Assembly (NCBI RefSeq): GCF_036321535.1
Contig: NC_087436.1
Coordinates: forward strand, 53,880,001-53,944,000
DNA: 64,000 nucleotides
From: Camelus dromedarius
Lineage: Eukaryota
Direction: 5' to 3'
Under the pieces are notes generated by a model. It was not told where the DNA came from, did not search any database, and was given only the letters and a program-made list of their open reading frames with translations. A program made the translations under genes and the position numbers. Positions 13,045 to 26,656 of this stretch are shown piece by piece (the first letter of the stretch is position 1; each line of letters begins with the position of its first letter).

Positions 13045-13664
13045 ATTTGACTCAGTGCATCTCTCTGTAGAAACTCAGCTGCGTTGTATGCCATTCCAGG
13101 CTTCCAGTTACTTAACGTTTATTCCTAGTTTGGGAAAAGCCTTTTGGAAATGCCCTAAAGTTAATTTCATTCTAGGCCAGAGGAAGATTGTTCACTGTGT
13201 GTAGGCGAGTGTGTATGCATAGGGGTGTTTTCTTCATCGTCATCACCATCATCACCAGTTTACAAAGAAAATGGAGCCCTGGAACCTGTGAGCCGAAGGA
13301 AGACCCAGACTGAGATCTCACGAGCAAGCAGGCTGAGGATTGTTTGCCATGAACTCCTGCTGTTCCCTGTAGTAACAGAACCTGCTCAGACCATGAGAGC
13401 TTTAGGGGTTAATACAGCTTTTGCAATCTTCAATGTAGAGGACAGAGAAGATTTTATAGATCAGTTTTGAAATGGAGCCTAAACAGAATGGATTGGCTTT
13501 GCCCCTTTTCACCCTGACCTGCCTTCTCCCTTTTTCTCCTCTTTCTTTCCTCTCACCTCTGCTTGTTCAGGAATAGCTCTTTGGGCAAACTTGTTGCTTA
13601 TCCACACACTAATTTTGGTGAATTAGAAAGAGATGCCCTTCTCTCCAGATAATTCATTACAGTT

Positions 13665-13775
13665 ATCTACCAGAAAAGTGCCATGATATCTGTACAAAAT
13701 GGCAATGACCCAGGGCACCTGGCACCTTGGGAGTTGTGCAGTGCACAACTTCTGCAGCAGTATGTGTTGGCCGTG
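13665..13775. mobile_element. MER91-like (hAT-Tip100) fragment
   Basis: Contains the palindromic gttgtgcagtgcacaac motif typical of MER91. Confidence 0.6.
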
Positions 13776-13829
13776 TTTGGGCAATTTCATTCATTCCCAT
13801 AACATTAGCTGTTACTTGGATGCTGCTGG

Positions 13830-14720
13830 TTTCTTCCAGTTCTGAGCCAGACAAGACCTTTTCCTGGAACATCACGCCGATGTGTCCAGATGCCTTTTGG
13901 ACATTTCCTCTCGTGACTACCTTCAACTATCCCAAACGTAACGTCTGCAAAACTGGATTACTGTCATTTTTTCCCAGCCTGCTTTTCCTTAAATTTAGGA
14001 GTCGTCTTAAAAACTCTTTTTTTCCTATATACAAAATAATCCTAAGTCCTCCCCATAGTGTTCCTGGATCTGTGATTTTCATTCTACCCCCACTTCCCCT
14101 CTTACCTTATTTCAGTTTTTGTCTCCTCCCACCTGGGGCCTGGGCCATCGCAGTCATCCCCTAAGGATCTCCTGTGGTGACACACCCCTTCACGCAGATT
14201 TCAGCCAGAATGCTCTTACGAAATGCAAATCTGATCTTGTCCCTGGCAGAGCTCTCTGAATCCTTCTCTGTCCAGTTCCTGCCTCCTCTCCACAATGACT
14301 TCTAAACTTACCCTCTTTCCCCAAATCTGACATTTCCGATCTGCCCTTCCTGCAGGCTGGGTTCCAGGCACTGGAGACCCAACATGAAGAAAACAAAATC
14401 TTTGCCTTCTTGGGTCTTACTTTCCAGAGGGCTGAGCTATTTGCAGTTCCATGAATTCACCAGGCTGCCTAAGCGTTTGTTCCTCCCCTCCCTTTGGAGC
14501 ACCACCCCGACACCCCGAGAATCTTCTGGAACTTTAGGATCAGGATCAGCTCTAACATCACGATCCCCAGTAGAGTTAGCACTCCTTCTCAAGTCTCCTT
14601 TGCATCCTGTACTTCAAGATTTCCTCAAGAAGGGCCCAGCCTTACCAGGCTTTGTGCCTTTAGCACCTTTGGTAGTGCCTGGCACAGGGTAGTTGCTTAA
14701 CACTTGTTTGCTGAAGGAAA
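13830..14720 (+). mobile_element. Degraded L2 LINE fragments
   Basis: ccagaatgctcttacgaaatgcaaatctgatc and 3' terminus tagtgcctggcacagggtagttgcttaacacttgtttgctgaa. Confidence 0.6.
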
Positions 14721-15069
14721 GGTACTCAAGTATGGCCACTTTTTTGGGTCACGTCCCTCAGATATATCCTATATTTTCTTCTTCTCTTTGCTCATGCCCT
14801 TTATTCTGCTGAGAATCTCTACCCCTACACTCCACCCATCCCTTGTAAGTCACTCACTCCATATCCGTATGGTGAACCCTTGCTCATTCCTTTCCTCAGT
14901 TTCCTTTGAACAGAACTTACTGCTTTTTTCACTATTTCAGTAGCATTAATGCTAGGAACTTGCCACTCACTAGGAGTTGTGCCCTGGCTTAGGGCTGTGA
15001 GGATGAAAAAGGCCTGATCCCAGTCCTCAATAAACCCACAGTCTAATAGGAGACAGCGTTTTGTTCATG

Positions 15070-15363
15070 CCTTGTTCAGCGGATGGCTGTCCTCATGCAG
15101 CGATCCGGGGGCCCAGCCCCGCCCCTGTGGCTCTGCTGACCTCACTGGGCTCACTTTGTGAAAGGGAAAAAGGAGCATGGGGTAGACACGCTGGCTTCTG
15201 AAAGCTTTGCCTCAGAAGTGACACGTACTGCTTCTCACTTTCCATTTGCAAAGACAAGTCACGAGGCTACCTGAACGGCAAGGGCAGCGGAGACCTGTGG
15301 TGTCCCTGGGTGCCCGGGAAGAAGGGATGGGGTTTTGGTAGACAGCTGGCAAACCCAGCCACA
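15070..15363 (-). mobile_element. MLT1-type (ERVL-MaLR) solo LTR fragment
   Basis: cagaagtgacacgtactgcttctcac…aagtcacgaggctacc…gcaaggg… ending in gccaca; MLT1J/K/L-like. Confidence 0.65.
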
Positions 15364-15649
15364 TACCCCATCATGCTGGTTGCAAGTTGTGTTATCATGA
15401 GTTGCCAGCATACTGATTAGTCCTCTCTGTCTAGAACATTTGCAAGATGGGCTCCCTCACCACATTTAAATCTCATCTGAAAGGTCTTCCAAGTGTAGGG
15501 CCACCCAATCTTGAAAAGCTTCCCAGCCCTTTAAACTGCTTTTATTTTTTTCTCTTTAGAGACCCTGTCACTCACACTGGATTACATATATATGTCAAAT
15601 ATAGTTTTATTATTATATAGAATTTATCATATTTATAATAGTTTTAAAA

Positions 15650-15760
15650 TTTTTATTTGAAGTGTTGATTTACAATGTAAGTTTCAGGTGTACACATACA
15701 TGCAGATATATGTATATATATAAGCGATTCAGTTATACATATACATGCGTATGTATATTA
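15650..15760 (-). mobile_element. L1 3' tail fragment with TA-rich low-complexity sequence
   Basis: ttttatttgaagtgttgatttacaatgtaagtttcaggtgtaca…gattcagttatacat is the antisense of the L1 end seen at 5490-5545. Confidence 0.75.
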
Positions 15761-18700
15761 TATAATATATAGTTTTAATTTGTCTCGCCCATCTCACCTT
15801 TGGCTCACCTTCTCTAAAATATATGTCCCTTGAGGGTACTAGGTTTAGTTTGGCTCACTTGCTGTATCTGCAGAGCCCAGAATAGTCCCTGGCCCTTCAA
15901 AGATTATGAACTCCTTGAAGACAAGGATTTGTCATTCACATTTCAGCAAATATTTGGTGACAGTGCCTTGTGCTAGGCAGGCCTTGGAGACACATGCTGA
16001 ACAAGGGATTTTTACCTGGAAAAAAAACTCCCTGTAGTAAATATCTTATTTAGTTTTAGGAAATAGTAATAATCTAACTGAAATACTTTGTAGATCATGA
16101 GAAAAGCTTGGATAAAAATCCACTCTGCTCCAGCCTTTGAAAAAGGCTGCTTCAAAGTCACTCTCTTCATTGCTAATAATACCACCAGTGGGGAGGGGGG
16201 GCACTTGAATAAAGAGGCATTTGTCACCAAATGGTAAGTTAGCAGCATGTCTTGTTATCTGGATTGGAACACATAGTCATTAAGTGGCATTTCGACTAAA
16301 TCTGATTAGAATTTAGAATCTACTTGGAGACAGACAGAAAGATGTTTCTGCTTTTTTCCACCTCAAATGTTTTGGGTTATAAAAAGATTAAAAGTAATTT
16401 TTAAGGGAATGCCTGTCTTAGGATGGTTGTATAATGGTGGAAATTCTTCAGGGGAGTGACATCTCAGGAGAAGGAAATACAAAAACAGCTCAGTACAGTC
16501 AATTCATTTTTACTTTGAGGAAAAAATAAGTGAAACTGCTTGTTGGTTTTCTGCAAGCTGTAGCAGTTGGTTGACTCAAAATTTTACTTCCGACCAATTG
16601 TGAAAATTTAGCCTTCATTTAAAGAGTGCCTGAATGTTCATGTTCGTTAGATACAAGGGTTAAGGAATACAGCTGTGCCTTGTAAGTGGTTAAATTTCTG
16701 CAAATGCAGAAAAGCTTTGGAACCTGCTTATCGTATTCTGAAGTATTTCCAGTTAATGGTTATTAAAGTAGTTCAAGCAAAATCAGTATCTAATGATAGT
16801 AAAAAAAAAAAAAAAAAAAGTTAAAAAAAAACTGCTTTAAAACAGTGTTCAAGAAAATAGTGTGTATATGATAATTTAGCATATGTAAAGCTTTAAACTC
16901 TCTTGTGAACTCCTACTCATCAATTCCTATATTATCCTGTTTTAATTCAAATTGATAAATTCTTCCTTTCTGGATAACAGCAGGAATAAATAAGAATAGA
17001 CAAATTCTATCCCCCTTCATTAAAGTTTAAAGTTATTCTCGATGGTTCCCAAATTTGAGAGACTGGGAAGGAAGATTGTAGCCCGTTGGGCATTTTATCT
17101 AAACAGTGACGCCCTTTTGCTGTAGAGAACATCGGAGGGACATGGTATTACCGTCTTTACTGATGCTGCTTGAATTCTAGAAGGGCTATATCCATGTGAG
17201 TGCTGCTGCATTATATTTGGGGAAGGGAACATGTAAGCCAGAAAGAATACAGGTTTGGGGCCAAGAGGCGTGGGTTAGAATTCCGGTCTGCCACTCCTAG
17301 AGGGAGTTACTTCTCGTGGCTGATTCTGTGTCATTAAAGTGGGGACATTTAGAGGACCTACCCCATACCAGTAGGTTTGAACAGGACAACAAACCGAGAC
17401 CCCTAGCACAGGGTAGGCTGGAACTTTTGTCCTGCTGCTAAAGAAAAGGAACGAAAGTTTTCCATTTGTTTATTTTTAAATGACAGTCCGGAAAATCTCG
17501 CGATCCTCAGTTAGACCCTGGCCTGTTCCAGTCAGATGCGCTTGCCCGCGTGGCTCGGAGAGAGCGGTCAGAAACGGGGACGGCTAAAGTAGAAGCTAGA
17601 AAAAGCGGAAACTACACATCAGAACTCAAACCTGCCTCCTGGAGTGTTCAGATGATAGAGGGAAAAAAAACTTTAAAGGCACTTTGGAATATTCTACGTG
17701 TGTTAATCAAGAACCTCAAAAAGTGAGTGGGCAGAGCAGATCTCTGAGGTCGCCCCACTTTAAAATCCCCCGCGGGGACTGTGCGTGTTAGCTGGCAGTG
17801 GTGCGTAAACGCTCACTTCTCTGCAACTTCCGAAACTTTCTGCTTAATAATCTCAGTTCTACACTCAGTCTGGACTGACTTTGTCAGGAGATTGAGATCC
17901 CGAGGCATGGATTTTAATTGCTAGTTTCATTAAAAATTACTTTTTCAAGCCTTTTTTTCCCCTTTGAGCTTTTTAGTTTTCTAGTCTTCACACTCCAGTA
18001 AAATTGGAAATGCTTTTAATGTTTCAATGGCTTTTTAAATATTATAGTGTTCTACAAGCATGAAATTTGAGAGAAAACTTTTTTCTTTTAAGTTTATTAT
18101 GCTCCGTTCTCTGAGAAAAACATACCTTTTATTTTTATTAGCCATCCCCCCCCCCCCAACTGCTAGGTTTTAAAACTGGTATTTGAGCAATAAAATAGCC
18201 CCAACTCCAAAAAGGATTCTAAGGCAGGTTCCTGTGTCCTATTCAGGGATTCAGCCAGCTGAAAAGTTTGGATAAATAAAACCCTTCAGCCAAGTTCAAT
18301 GGTAGACATCTTACAGTATAACTACTGCATTGTAATTGTGCTTAGAACTGCTAGGAAGGAAGGAAGATGATTCCTTTCAACATTTTTTAAATTAAATCTC
18401 ATGTTTTGGAGTGCCATGCAAACCTCACATCTCTAAACTTATTTGATTTTTTAAAAAAGAAAATCGTTCTGTTTAGTGAAGAAATCAAGTAAAGAAGGAT
18501 ACATAAATTTAAGTAGAAGAATGTTAAGTTTTCACCATGTGCCCCTGTTCACACCTCTTCAGTTGTTCTTATTAAGTCTTCCGAGGATCAGCTTAGAAGG
18601 GAACTATAGGTCCTGATTCTTGGTTGAGAAAGATTCTGTTCTATCTGCAGTGACTGATCCACAGTTTCCAAAGAAAACTGCCCTGGAGTACAATAGCTCT

Positions 18701-19564
18701 TCCTTCCAAATTCAAGTCAGTAATCCTATCTGCCGGGTGCAAAGCAGTGAGAAGATAGACTCTTCGTAAGATTCTCTTCCTCCCAGATGAAGGCACATGT
18801 TATACCCCCCACCCCAACTTTTTAATTGTAAGCTTAGACAGAAAAGTGAAAAAGTAAGATAGAAATCCATGTGCTTCAATAACTAAAAATAATCCCTAGC
18901 AGTGAACACTGTGGGCTGGGCAGTGTCAGGAAACTAAGAATCCCATGGGTCTTGGTTGCCTTGGGGAAGGGGGCTTGCCCTTGCCAGAGAAGGCTTTTAC
19001 AGGAGCTGTGTTAAGAGCTGTGTTAGCACCATGTTAACACCATGTTGAGAGGTATGTTTCCCCAAGTTGCACCATGACACCTAGTCCCTGGGGATGCCCC
19101 TCCCAGCCCATAAGTCTTCTGGTTGAAGATGTTTGGAAAATGATGCAAAGTATCATCCTCTTCCCTGTGGCCATTTGAATTAGAGACCCTAAGATGTTCA
19201 CCCACACAGGAACCTGTTTGACCTTGACTTTACTAAGCTTGCCAAGAGATTGTGGCATGGAATTTGCCCACCACACACCCACACCCCTGACTCTTCTCCA
19301 CCAGGGTTCTGTGGAACTGGCAGCCCTGCAACAGCTTTGTACAGGAAGTCGGGAGATGCCACTGCTACCTGAGCGGGGAGTCGATAAGAACAAGCTCTTC
19401 TTAGACTTCCTTTTGTTAGAATCTCTCTTGTTTTCATTCAGCGTAGAACAATCACCTTCTAAACAACAATGAAAACAAATTTTAAAAGGGTTTAGAACTC
19501 TTAGCAGCATATTTCTACCTTGTTTGTGTTCATAAGGGAACTGAAACATGAAACTCAGCTTTTA

Positions 19565-20265
19565 AAATAAAGTTCATTTTTTAGAAGAGTTTCAGATTTA
19601 CAAAAAGACTGCAAAGATAGTACAGAGCCCCCTTCTACCCCTTACCCAGTTTCCCGTTATTAACATCTTATGTCTCATTGTGGTATATTGATTACAGTTA
19701 ATGAGCTGGTATCTATACATAAGTATGTGTAGACACTAAAGTCCATACTTTATTCAGATTCCCCTAGTTTTTACCTAATGTCCTTTTCTATTCCAAGATC
19801 TCATCCAAGACCCCACATTTTCACTTAATCATCGTGATTTGTTAGGCTCCTCTCGTCTGCGACAGTTTCTTAGACCTTTGTTTTTGATGACCTTGACAGT
19901 CTTGAGGATCTTCTCAAAACCATTGAGGTATTATGTAGTGTGCCTCTCCATGAGGGTTTGTCTGATTTTTCTCATGATTCAACTGAGGTCATGGTTTTTT
20001 GGGGAAGACCACAGAGGTAAAGTGCTGTTGTCACACCACTACATAATACTACTATTATCAGCATGACTTACCATCGCTGACGTTGGCCTTGGCACTTGGC
20101 TGATGGAGGGTCTGCCATGTTTCTCTGCCGTTACTCCTAACCCCCTCCCCTGCTATACTCACTGGAAGGAAGTCACTATATAAAGCCCATACTAGAGGAA
20201 CAGGGAGTTACGGCTCCCCTCCCCTTGTGGACAGAGTATCTACATATATGATTTGAAATTCTTAA
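19565..20265 (-). mobile_element. L1MC/L1MD-like LINE 3' region
   Basis: tttagaagagtttcagatttacaaaaagactgcaaagatagtacagag…tttttgatgaccttgacagtcttgagga…ggaaggaagtcactat…agagtatctacat. Confidence 0.85.
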
Positions 20266-22154
20266 ATACATTTCTAAGTGTGTGACTTTAAAAACTACTT
20301 GGATAGGACGGTTACTGCTGTATTCATTATAGTTACCTGCTGACTTTTTCTGATAAACACGTTATTCTAAGAGAAAAGTCGGCTTCCCAAATTGAAGCCA
20401 CCCAGCTTTGATCAGAGACTGTCGAATTTGTGTGCCTGCCAGTGTTTGTTCTTACTAGCCTGCCAGAACTTCCAGATGCTGCCCTCTCTTTTTTCTGTGT
20501 CAAGATTTAATCCTGTTTGTGCATTTTTCTTCTGCTTCAGTTGCATTGGTGTCATTTTTGAAGACCTCAGACCTGTTTGTGCCTTATGTCACTGTCAAGC
20601 GTGTACCCTATTTAGAAAAGTGCTATTATGACTAAACTTACTATGATGTCTTTATGTATTTTGAAGACATTACCATCAAACACATCCTTTCATGTCTATT
20701 AGTTGCTTTGACTTTAGCCACCCCCAGTAAAAGTATGTAATTAAAGATTTTCTGTGTAATCAGCTTTTAGATTACTTCATATTTAACATTTGTGCACATC
20801 ATAATACAGTGTGGTTGTAGGGATTGTTTTGCTTATTAGTTCTTTCAAAATATTGGTATAATTTTTAACAAAGTTATTTTAGAATAGCCATTTCAGTTAC
20901 CTTTTGATAAGAATAAACTTGGTGAGAATTAGAAGTTTCTTCCCAGTGTAGAGTGTATATATATTTTTCTTATGTTTATTTTATTATCTTTATATCAATA
21001 TTAAAGATTAAAAGATGTTTAATATTTTATAAATATAAAGATGAATATATACATATATTTACTTATTTTTAGCAAAGGGTGATAGTAACTGGACTTTAGA
21101 AGACTTCCCTTAAGGCAGTGATTCATAGATGTTCTTCCAACTCAGCAATTTTATTGCTAAACATAGCTAATCACCTATCCCTATCCACAGAAGAAAAAAA
21201 AAAGGGTTAATAGAAATAATTTTTTCAGTTGCAAGTTTTTCTCTTGCCAACTTTTCTTAAGCCTTTGGCATCAGCTACCACATACCTACTGAATATTAGC
21301 AGACATGAGTGTAAGTTGCAAAAGATTATTAACGAAAAAACTCAACCAGCCAATGAGTTCAATAACTCTGTTATTTTGTTGAGCACACACGGTTTTAGGC
21401 TGTGGTTTTACATTGCATTCATATTCTGCCTCTTCTGCCAGAAAAAGTGTTCCTGATTCATAAGAAGAAACGAAGTATTTCATGTTTTTCCTCAATGGGC
21501 AGCATGACTGCCAGGTGCTTCATCATCTCAAAGTTTGAAGCCGGCTGCACTGAGGAACCGGAGGCGATTAGAGAGCCTCTGGGAGCTTCCTGAGACAGGA
21601 AGGCATGGGTCATCCTGAAGCTGTGTAATGATTGTCCATATATCCTTCTGCAGGAAGGATAGAATTGGCTTTCCCACCCACAAATTTGGCATGCAGTGTC
21701 TGTATCTCAGGCCAAGGGTGTGTGTAAGGATTATGGAGTCCCCAGTGGGTTGGGTTGTAGCTGGAGATACCAGTCCAGTGCTGGAGAGCCCTTCCCGGCA
21801 GCACTGTGTGTGTGCGCGTGTGCACGCAAGTGCCTGAAGTGATTTTCCAGTCTTTTTACAGGAAGAAAAAAATGAATTAACAGGATTGTCTTTTTTTCTA
21901 ATAACATCCTAATAATGTGGTAGATCTATTTAAAGGGTAGGTTAAACTTCTGAGTAGCTGTTAGTGTGTTGTTTTGTCTTCAGCATTGTGATTCCAGTGC
22001 TGGTGGTGGTGAGTAAAGCACGGTATGTGGAAGCAGTCTGAGAACATGGTTTTTATTCTGCTTCATTTCAAACTAATTCTTAATTTTAACTACTTGTTTT
22101 TTTTTTTTCATCTACCTTTTAGCATAATAACTGGGACATTTTTTGATGCGAGGT

Positions 22155-22600
22155 ACCATTTATTCGTTCAGGCAACTTGCTTTTGAACACTGATGTTCAA
22201 GGCCTTACGCTGGGGGAACACAAGTGGAAAAGATGTATTTGGTCTCCATTCTCATGAAGCATACATTCTAGTAGGGGGAACGGCTGAAAAACGACTACAA
22301 ATGCAATTAAAAGATAATTGCAGGACGTGGTAAGTGAGATGACAGGGGAAATAAATAGGTGACATAGTCAAGACTAGCAAGGGTGGGCAGAAAAGACTTG
22401 TCTGAGGAGATGTCATCCAAATGAGCCCCTGCATGATGGAATAACCACTCTCTATAAAAGGAGAAGGCACAGGTTTACTAATCCAGGGCTGAGGTGGGAA
22501 ATTGCGTGGTGTGGTCAAGGAGTAGAAAGTAGACCTGTATTGCTGGAGCGAATGGTGAGAAGGGACATTGAAGAAGACATGGAGACCCTCGTGGGTTATG
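22155..22600 (-). mobile_element. L2 LINE fragment
   Basis: catttattcgttcaggcaac…ctcatgaagcatacattctagtagggg…tctgaggagatgtcat. Confidence 0.65.
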
Positions 22601-24679
22601 AAGTATGATGTGCTTACAGAAAAGTGCTTCTCATGGTGGGTTTCCACAAATTGAACATAATTGTGTGACCAGCACTCAGATGAGAAAACTGACCATCTCC
22701 AGTTCCACTGGGAAGCGTTGTGTGTGGCTATAACTCACCCTTCTTGTTACTTTCTCATGTGTGTGTGGTCCAGTCAGGTGTCAGGGGCTTGGATTGAGGA
22801 AACTTATGGTTTTCACAGGCTGTTTCTATTATAACCATCCAATGCCTAAATGCTTCTAGCAGAACACAGGGTATTTTTCTATGGGGTTTCATAATAATGC
22901 CCATAATCCACATGTTCCCTGCAACCCTCACTGTGAACATGGGCATGGAATTATTTGGTAACTCAGATACACATGCGTTCTCCCAAAGTCTTTTCTTTAG
23001 AAAGCAAGACTTGATCTTTCAGAGGATTCTTTCTCATATTTGTGGATCTGACTTAAAGGTCCAAGCTGAAACTTTTGTTTTCATTTGGAATTCATGCATG
23101 TTAACAGAGTTTATATTGGTGGTGATGGAATATTTTAGGGCTTGTTGCCTCATTATACTTAAATAAAAACCCTGAGGGGGTATTTAACCAAGTTTAAGCT
23201 AGAAATAAAGATAATATAGTAATTTCAAATAGTTTTGTGTGTTCGAGATGAGATTTTGAAGCGATGATTCCACAGTGAATTTTAATGATGATTGTGTATA
23301 ATGACGTTTATGGATGTTCCATCACCATTCATTTTAATGAATATAATTAGTATGTTAGATTATGGATTTGTAATGTGAAATGAGAACTTTTAATAAACTT
23401 TCTCTATAATGGTTCATGCTGCAGGCACACAAAGTGTGAGACACTGAACTTGACTAAATCATAGCAGGGCTTTCGGAATCAGTAGGCTCATGTTTCAAAT
23501 CAAGATGAGTTTCAAATTTTGAAAAATGCAGCTAAAAAATTAAAAGGCAGTTACACAACCAGATACTTTATATCCTTTTGGGGAAGTTGGGACAAGATGT
23601 TAATTTTTATAACGCAAAGAAAATTTTACTTTTGAAGGGATCAAGTAGAAAATGGAATTGAAGTTACACTTTGAGTAAAACTTGTTGATTGCAAGATCTC
23701 GTTAGCATTTTTAACATATCACCACAAATGCTTTTGACATTTTCTTTGGGAGACTTTTGGAGAAGAACCAGCCAAAGTCTGAAATTTGTTTTGGTGTAGT
23801 CTTGCCCAAACTGGCAGTGAGTTGTTTTGACCCCCGATCTGGTGATCCCCAGAAGCTTTCTGGATACGTACCTGAAAATACAAGAAATGCCAATTTCATC
23901 ATTTAAAGTTTTTTTTTTTTCCCCGTAAAAGGATATGAAAAAATTTTTTTATGAAGTGTATCCATTCTTACAACATTTTGAAGGAGAAGTATGTTATTAT
24001 TTTCAGTCTATATCATTAGCTGGTCTTTAATTTTTTTAAAGCTCAATTTTTTCCCCCTTATCAAGACAGTATGATCTGGGTAGATAATTTGGGAAAGACA
24101 CAAGATTCATTTTGTTCTACTTTTCTGTAATGCCGCCACCTGGGGATAACAGTTTTAAAACTGTCGAGGACTTAATGTCTTGTTTTCACTTCCTTTAAGA
24201 TCCATTTTAGTGTTTTAGCCTTGGACTTTAATTTTTTTTTTCCCTCTTGGAGATTTAGGTTGGCCCTAAAATGCTATCATGTTGTTTCAGCTTTTACGTA
24301 ATTTACTCTATTACTTTTAGACAATAAATCAGATACTTTCATATTTCTAGTGTTATCTAGCAATGTTTTTTCTTACTGTTACATTTTAAGATGTTAGCTC
24401 AGAAAAAAGTCTTTCAAATAAATCCGTATTAAGTAAAATGTTGAGAATTCATGCCTGTAATTAAATAAAGACCATTGTTTTGTTGACTAGTATTGTAGTG
24501 GCATCAAGTAAAGTAACAATAAATGGGTCGTTGATCATTTTAAATCTGTTATGTTACAGGACAACTTAGCAAATTCCTGGTGGTGTGAACTAGTGATAGG
24601 AAAGCGGGTGGAGAAGTGTAGAACCTGAAATTACTGTGGTGACGGATGGACTCCATGAGGTTGGAGCTTATTAACTCAT

Positions 24680-25090
24680 ACACTTGAAAGAGCTTCAGCT
24701 ACAGCTGTATCCAGTGATCAAACTACGTCATAAGGGATCTGTCCATTTCTTGGCTCTGCTTTCTCTTGGGTTGATGTCATTCTTGGTCAGGGTATCCCCA
24801 TATGGTTTCAAGATGGCTACCAGCAACTGCTGGCATCTTTCCTGCATTTAATAATCCTAGCAAATGAGGGTTTCTCTTGCCAAAGACTTGAGCAGAAGTT
24901 CCAGTACTGAGTCTCATTGGACTCGCTTTGAGCACTTGCTATTTTCAAACCAATCATTGTGGCAAGGTAGGTGGAATGCTGTGATTACCAGGGTTGGGTC
25001 ACATCCCTCCCATGTCACCCTAGGGCACAGCGCATTCCCCCAACAAACATCAAGATGATGTAACCAGAAGAAAGGAAACAGACTCTAAAG
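24680..25090 (-). mobile_element. LTR33-like ERVL solo LTR fragment
   Basis: gctgtatccag…ttggctctgctttctc…caagatggctaccagca…aaccaatcattgtggcaagg…gggtcacat. Confidence 0.7.
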
Positions 25091-25544
25091 CAGAAAAGCT
25101 TCTGCGTGTTTGCTGTGAAGATCAATGAAAAGTAAGGTCTAATTCCCATTAAACCTTTAGCTGTTGCCACATGAGTTAGCATGTAACTGTGTGTGGACTT
25201 CTTTTTCTACCATTGCTTCATGTTTTGGTTTTGTTAAGATGGAGGACTGAAACTTCTCTTTTTTAAAAATTTCTCTTTCAGCACTAAGCATGGTCCTAAA
25301 TAACTGAATATTGATTTCTGAAGTATACTAGAGTTAAGTAGGAGATATTGACACCACTGTTTTGTTCATTGTATCTTTTGGGATGTGTTTGAGAGAAATC
25401 ACGTAACTCTATAAGTGCGCAGGTTTTTTTTTTTTTTTTTTTTTTAGTATAAGTATGTGGGAAGATTTTTTTGCTACAAATATGTTTAATACTATAAAAG
25501 GTGATAGAGATTAGGACTGAGAATATTAACCTAGGGTTATATTC

Positions 25545-25702
25545 TTTCTAAGAGACCATGGAGGGCTTTCTGGATGTCTATGAGCTCCCTAAAATCCTAG
25601 CAAAATCTGTATACCTGTGTAGTTTTCTTGAGAGAGGGCCTGTAGGTTTTATTAGATACTCAAAGGAGGACCCATAACCTACAAAAGGTTCAGAACCACA
25701 GG
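25545..25702. mobile_element. hAT-Charlie MITE (MER112-like)
   Basis: gagagagggcctgtaggttttattagatactcaaagg…aaaaggttcagaaccacag; family assignment uncertain. Confidence 0.55.
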
Positions 25703-26565
25703 ATCTAAATACCTTATACGAACCAGTATTTCCTCACTTGACGAGGTTAAACAGCTTACTGTATGGGGGAGAAATTAATAATGCAACTTTGGAGACACAC
25801 GAGGGAATTTAAGCTCTAGGATGAATTAAGTCATGCTAACCAATTCAGTCTGTACAGGGTTCAAATAAAATATATTATGGATGAGCCTGTAATAAAATGA
25901 GCTTCCTCTGTGCTGCCAGTTCAATGGTTAATGACTGGAAATGTGCAGCCAGCTGATTTTTGGCTCAAGGCTCTGAAGCAGGCACAGGCCCCCCTCTTGC
26001 CATTAGGAAGTAAAGGGAAAGTGATAAAAGATGTTACTTTGCTCTCATAAGCGATTTATGACAACAGTTTAATAAAAGTTTAAGAAGTTTCCTCCCCCTA
26101 GGATGAGGAGGGGAGCCAGTCAGCCTCCGGGGGAGTTTCATACGGGATGTGAAGCCCCTTGGCATCTGCGTTGCTTTACCCCGGGAACCACGCAAGGAAC
26201 GAGGGAGGAAGATGGAGCCTGATGTTTCTCTAACCCAGTCAGGGCTGCTGCTGTGCTTGTCTGTTTCTTTCCCCTGCAAATGCAAGTTGTCCCAGTGACT
26301 TTAAGCTTCAGCCTCACGTCTGTGGTGCTGCCCAGGCTGTGAGCCTCGCTAGTTTACACACAGGGCGTTCTGTTTTAATACCACCACCATCACTCTTTTC
26401 AGCTACATAAACATCATCAGAGATTGAGGGTTTTGTGAGGGGATTCATGGTCTCTAATATTTAGTGAAGGAACAAAAGTTCTCCCGGGGAGTCCAGTGGG
26501 CTCGTTTAAAGGATTGCTTCATGAAGATGTATTGCAGTGTAGGTCAGTTTTAATTTTCTTCAACT

Positions 26566-26656
26566 TTTTTTTTTTTTTTTGGAGGTACTAGGGATTGAAC
26601 CCAGGACCTCACGCATGCTAGGCACCCACTCTACCACTGAGCTGTACCCACCCCCC
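26566..26656 (-). mobile_element. Vic-1-like tRNA-Ala-derived SINE head with poly(A) and TSD
   Basis: Minus strand reads GGGTACAGCTCAGTGGTAGAG…AGCATGCGTGAGGTCCTGGGTTCAATCCCTAGTACCTCC then an A-run; TSD core tttcttcaact on both sides (26552-26565, 26657-26670). Confidence 0.9.
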
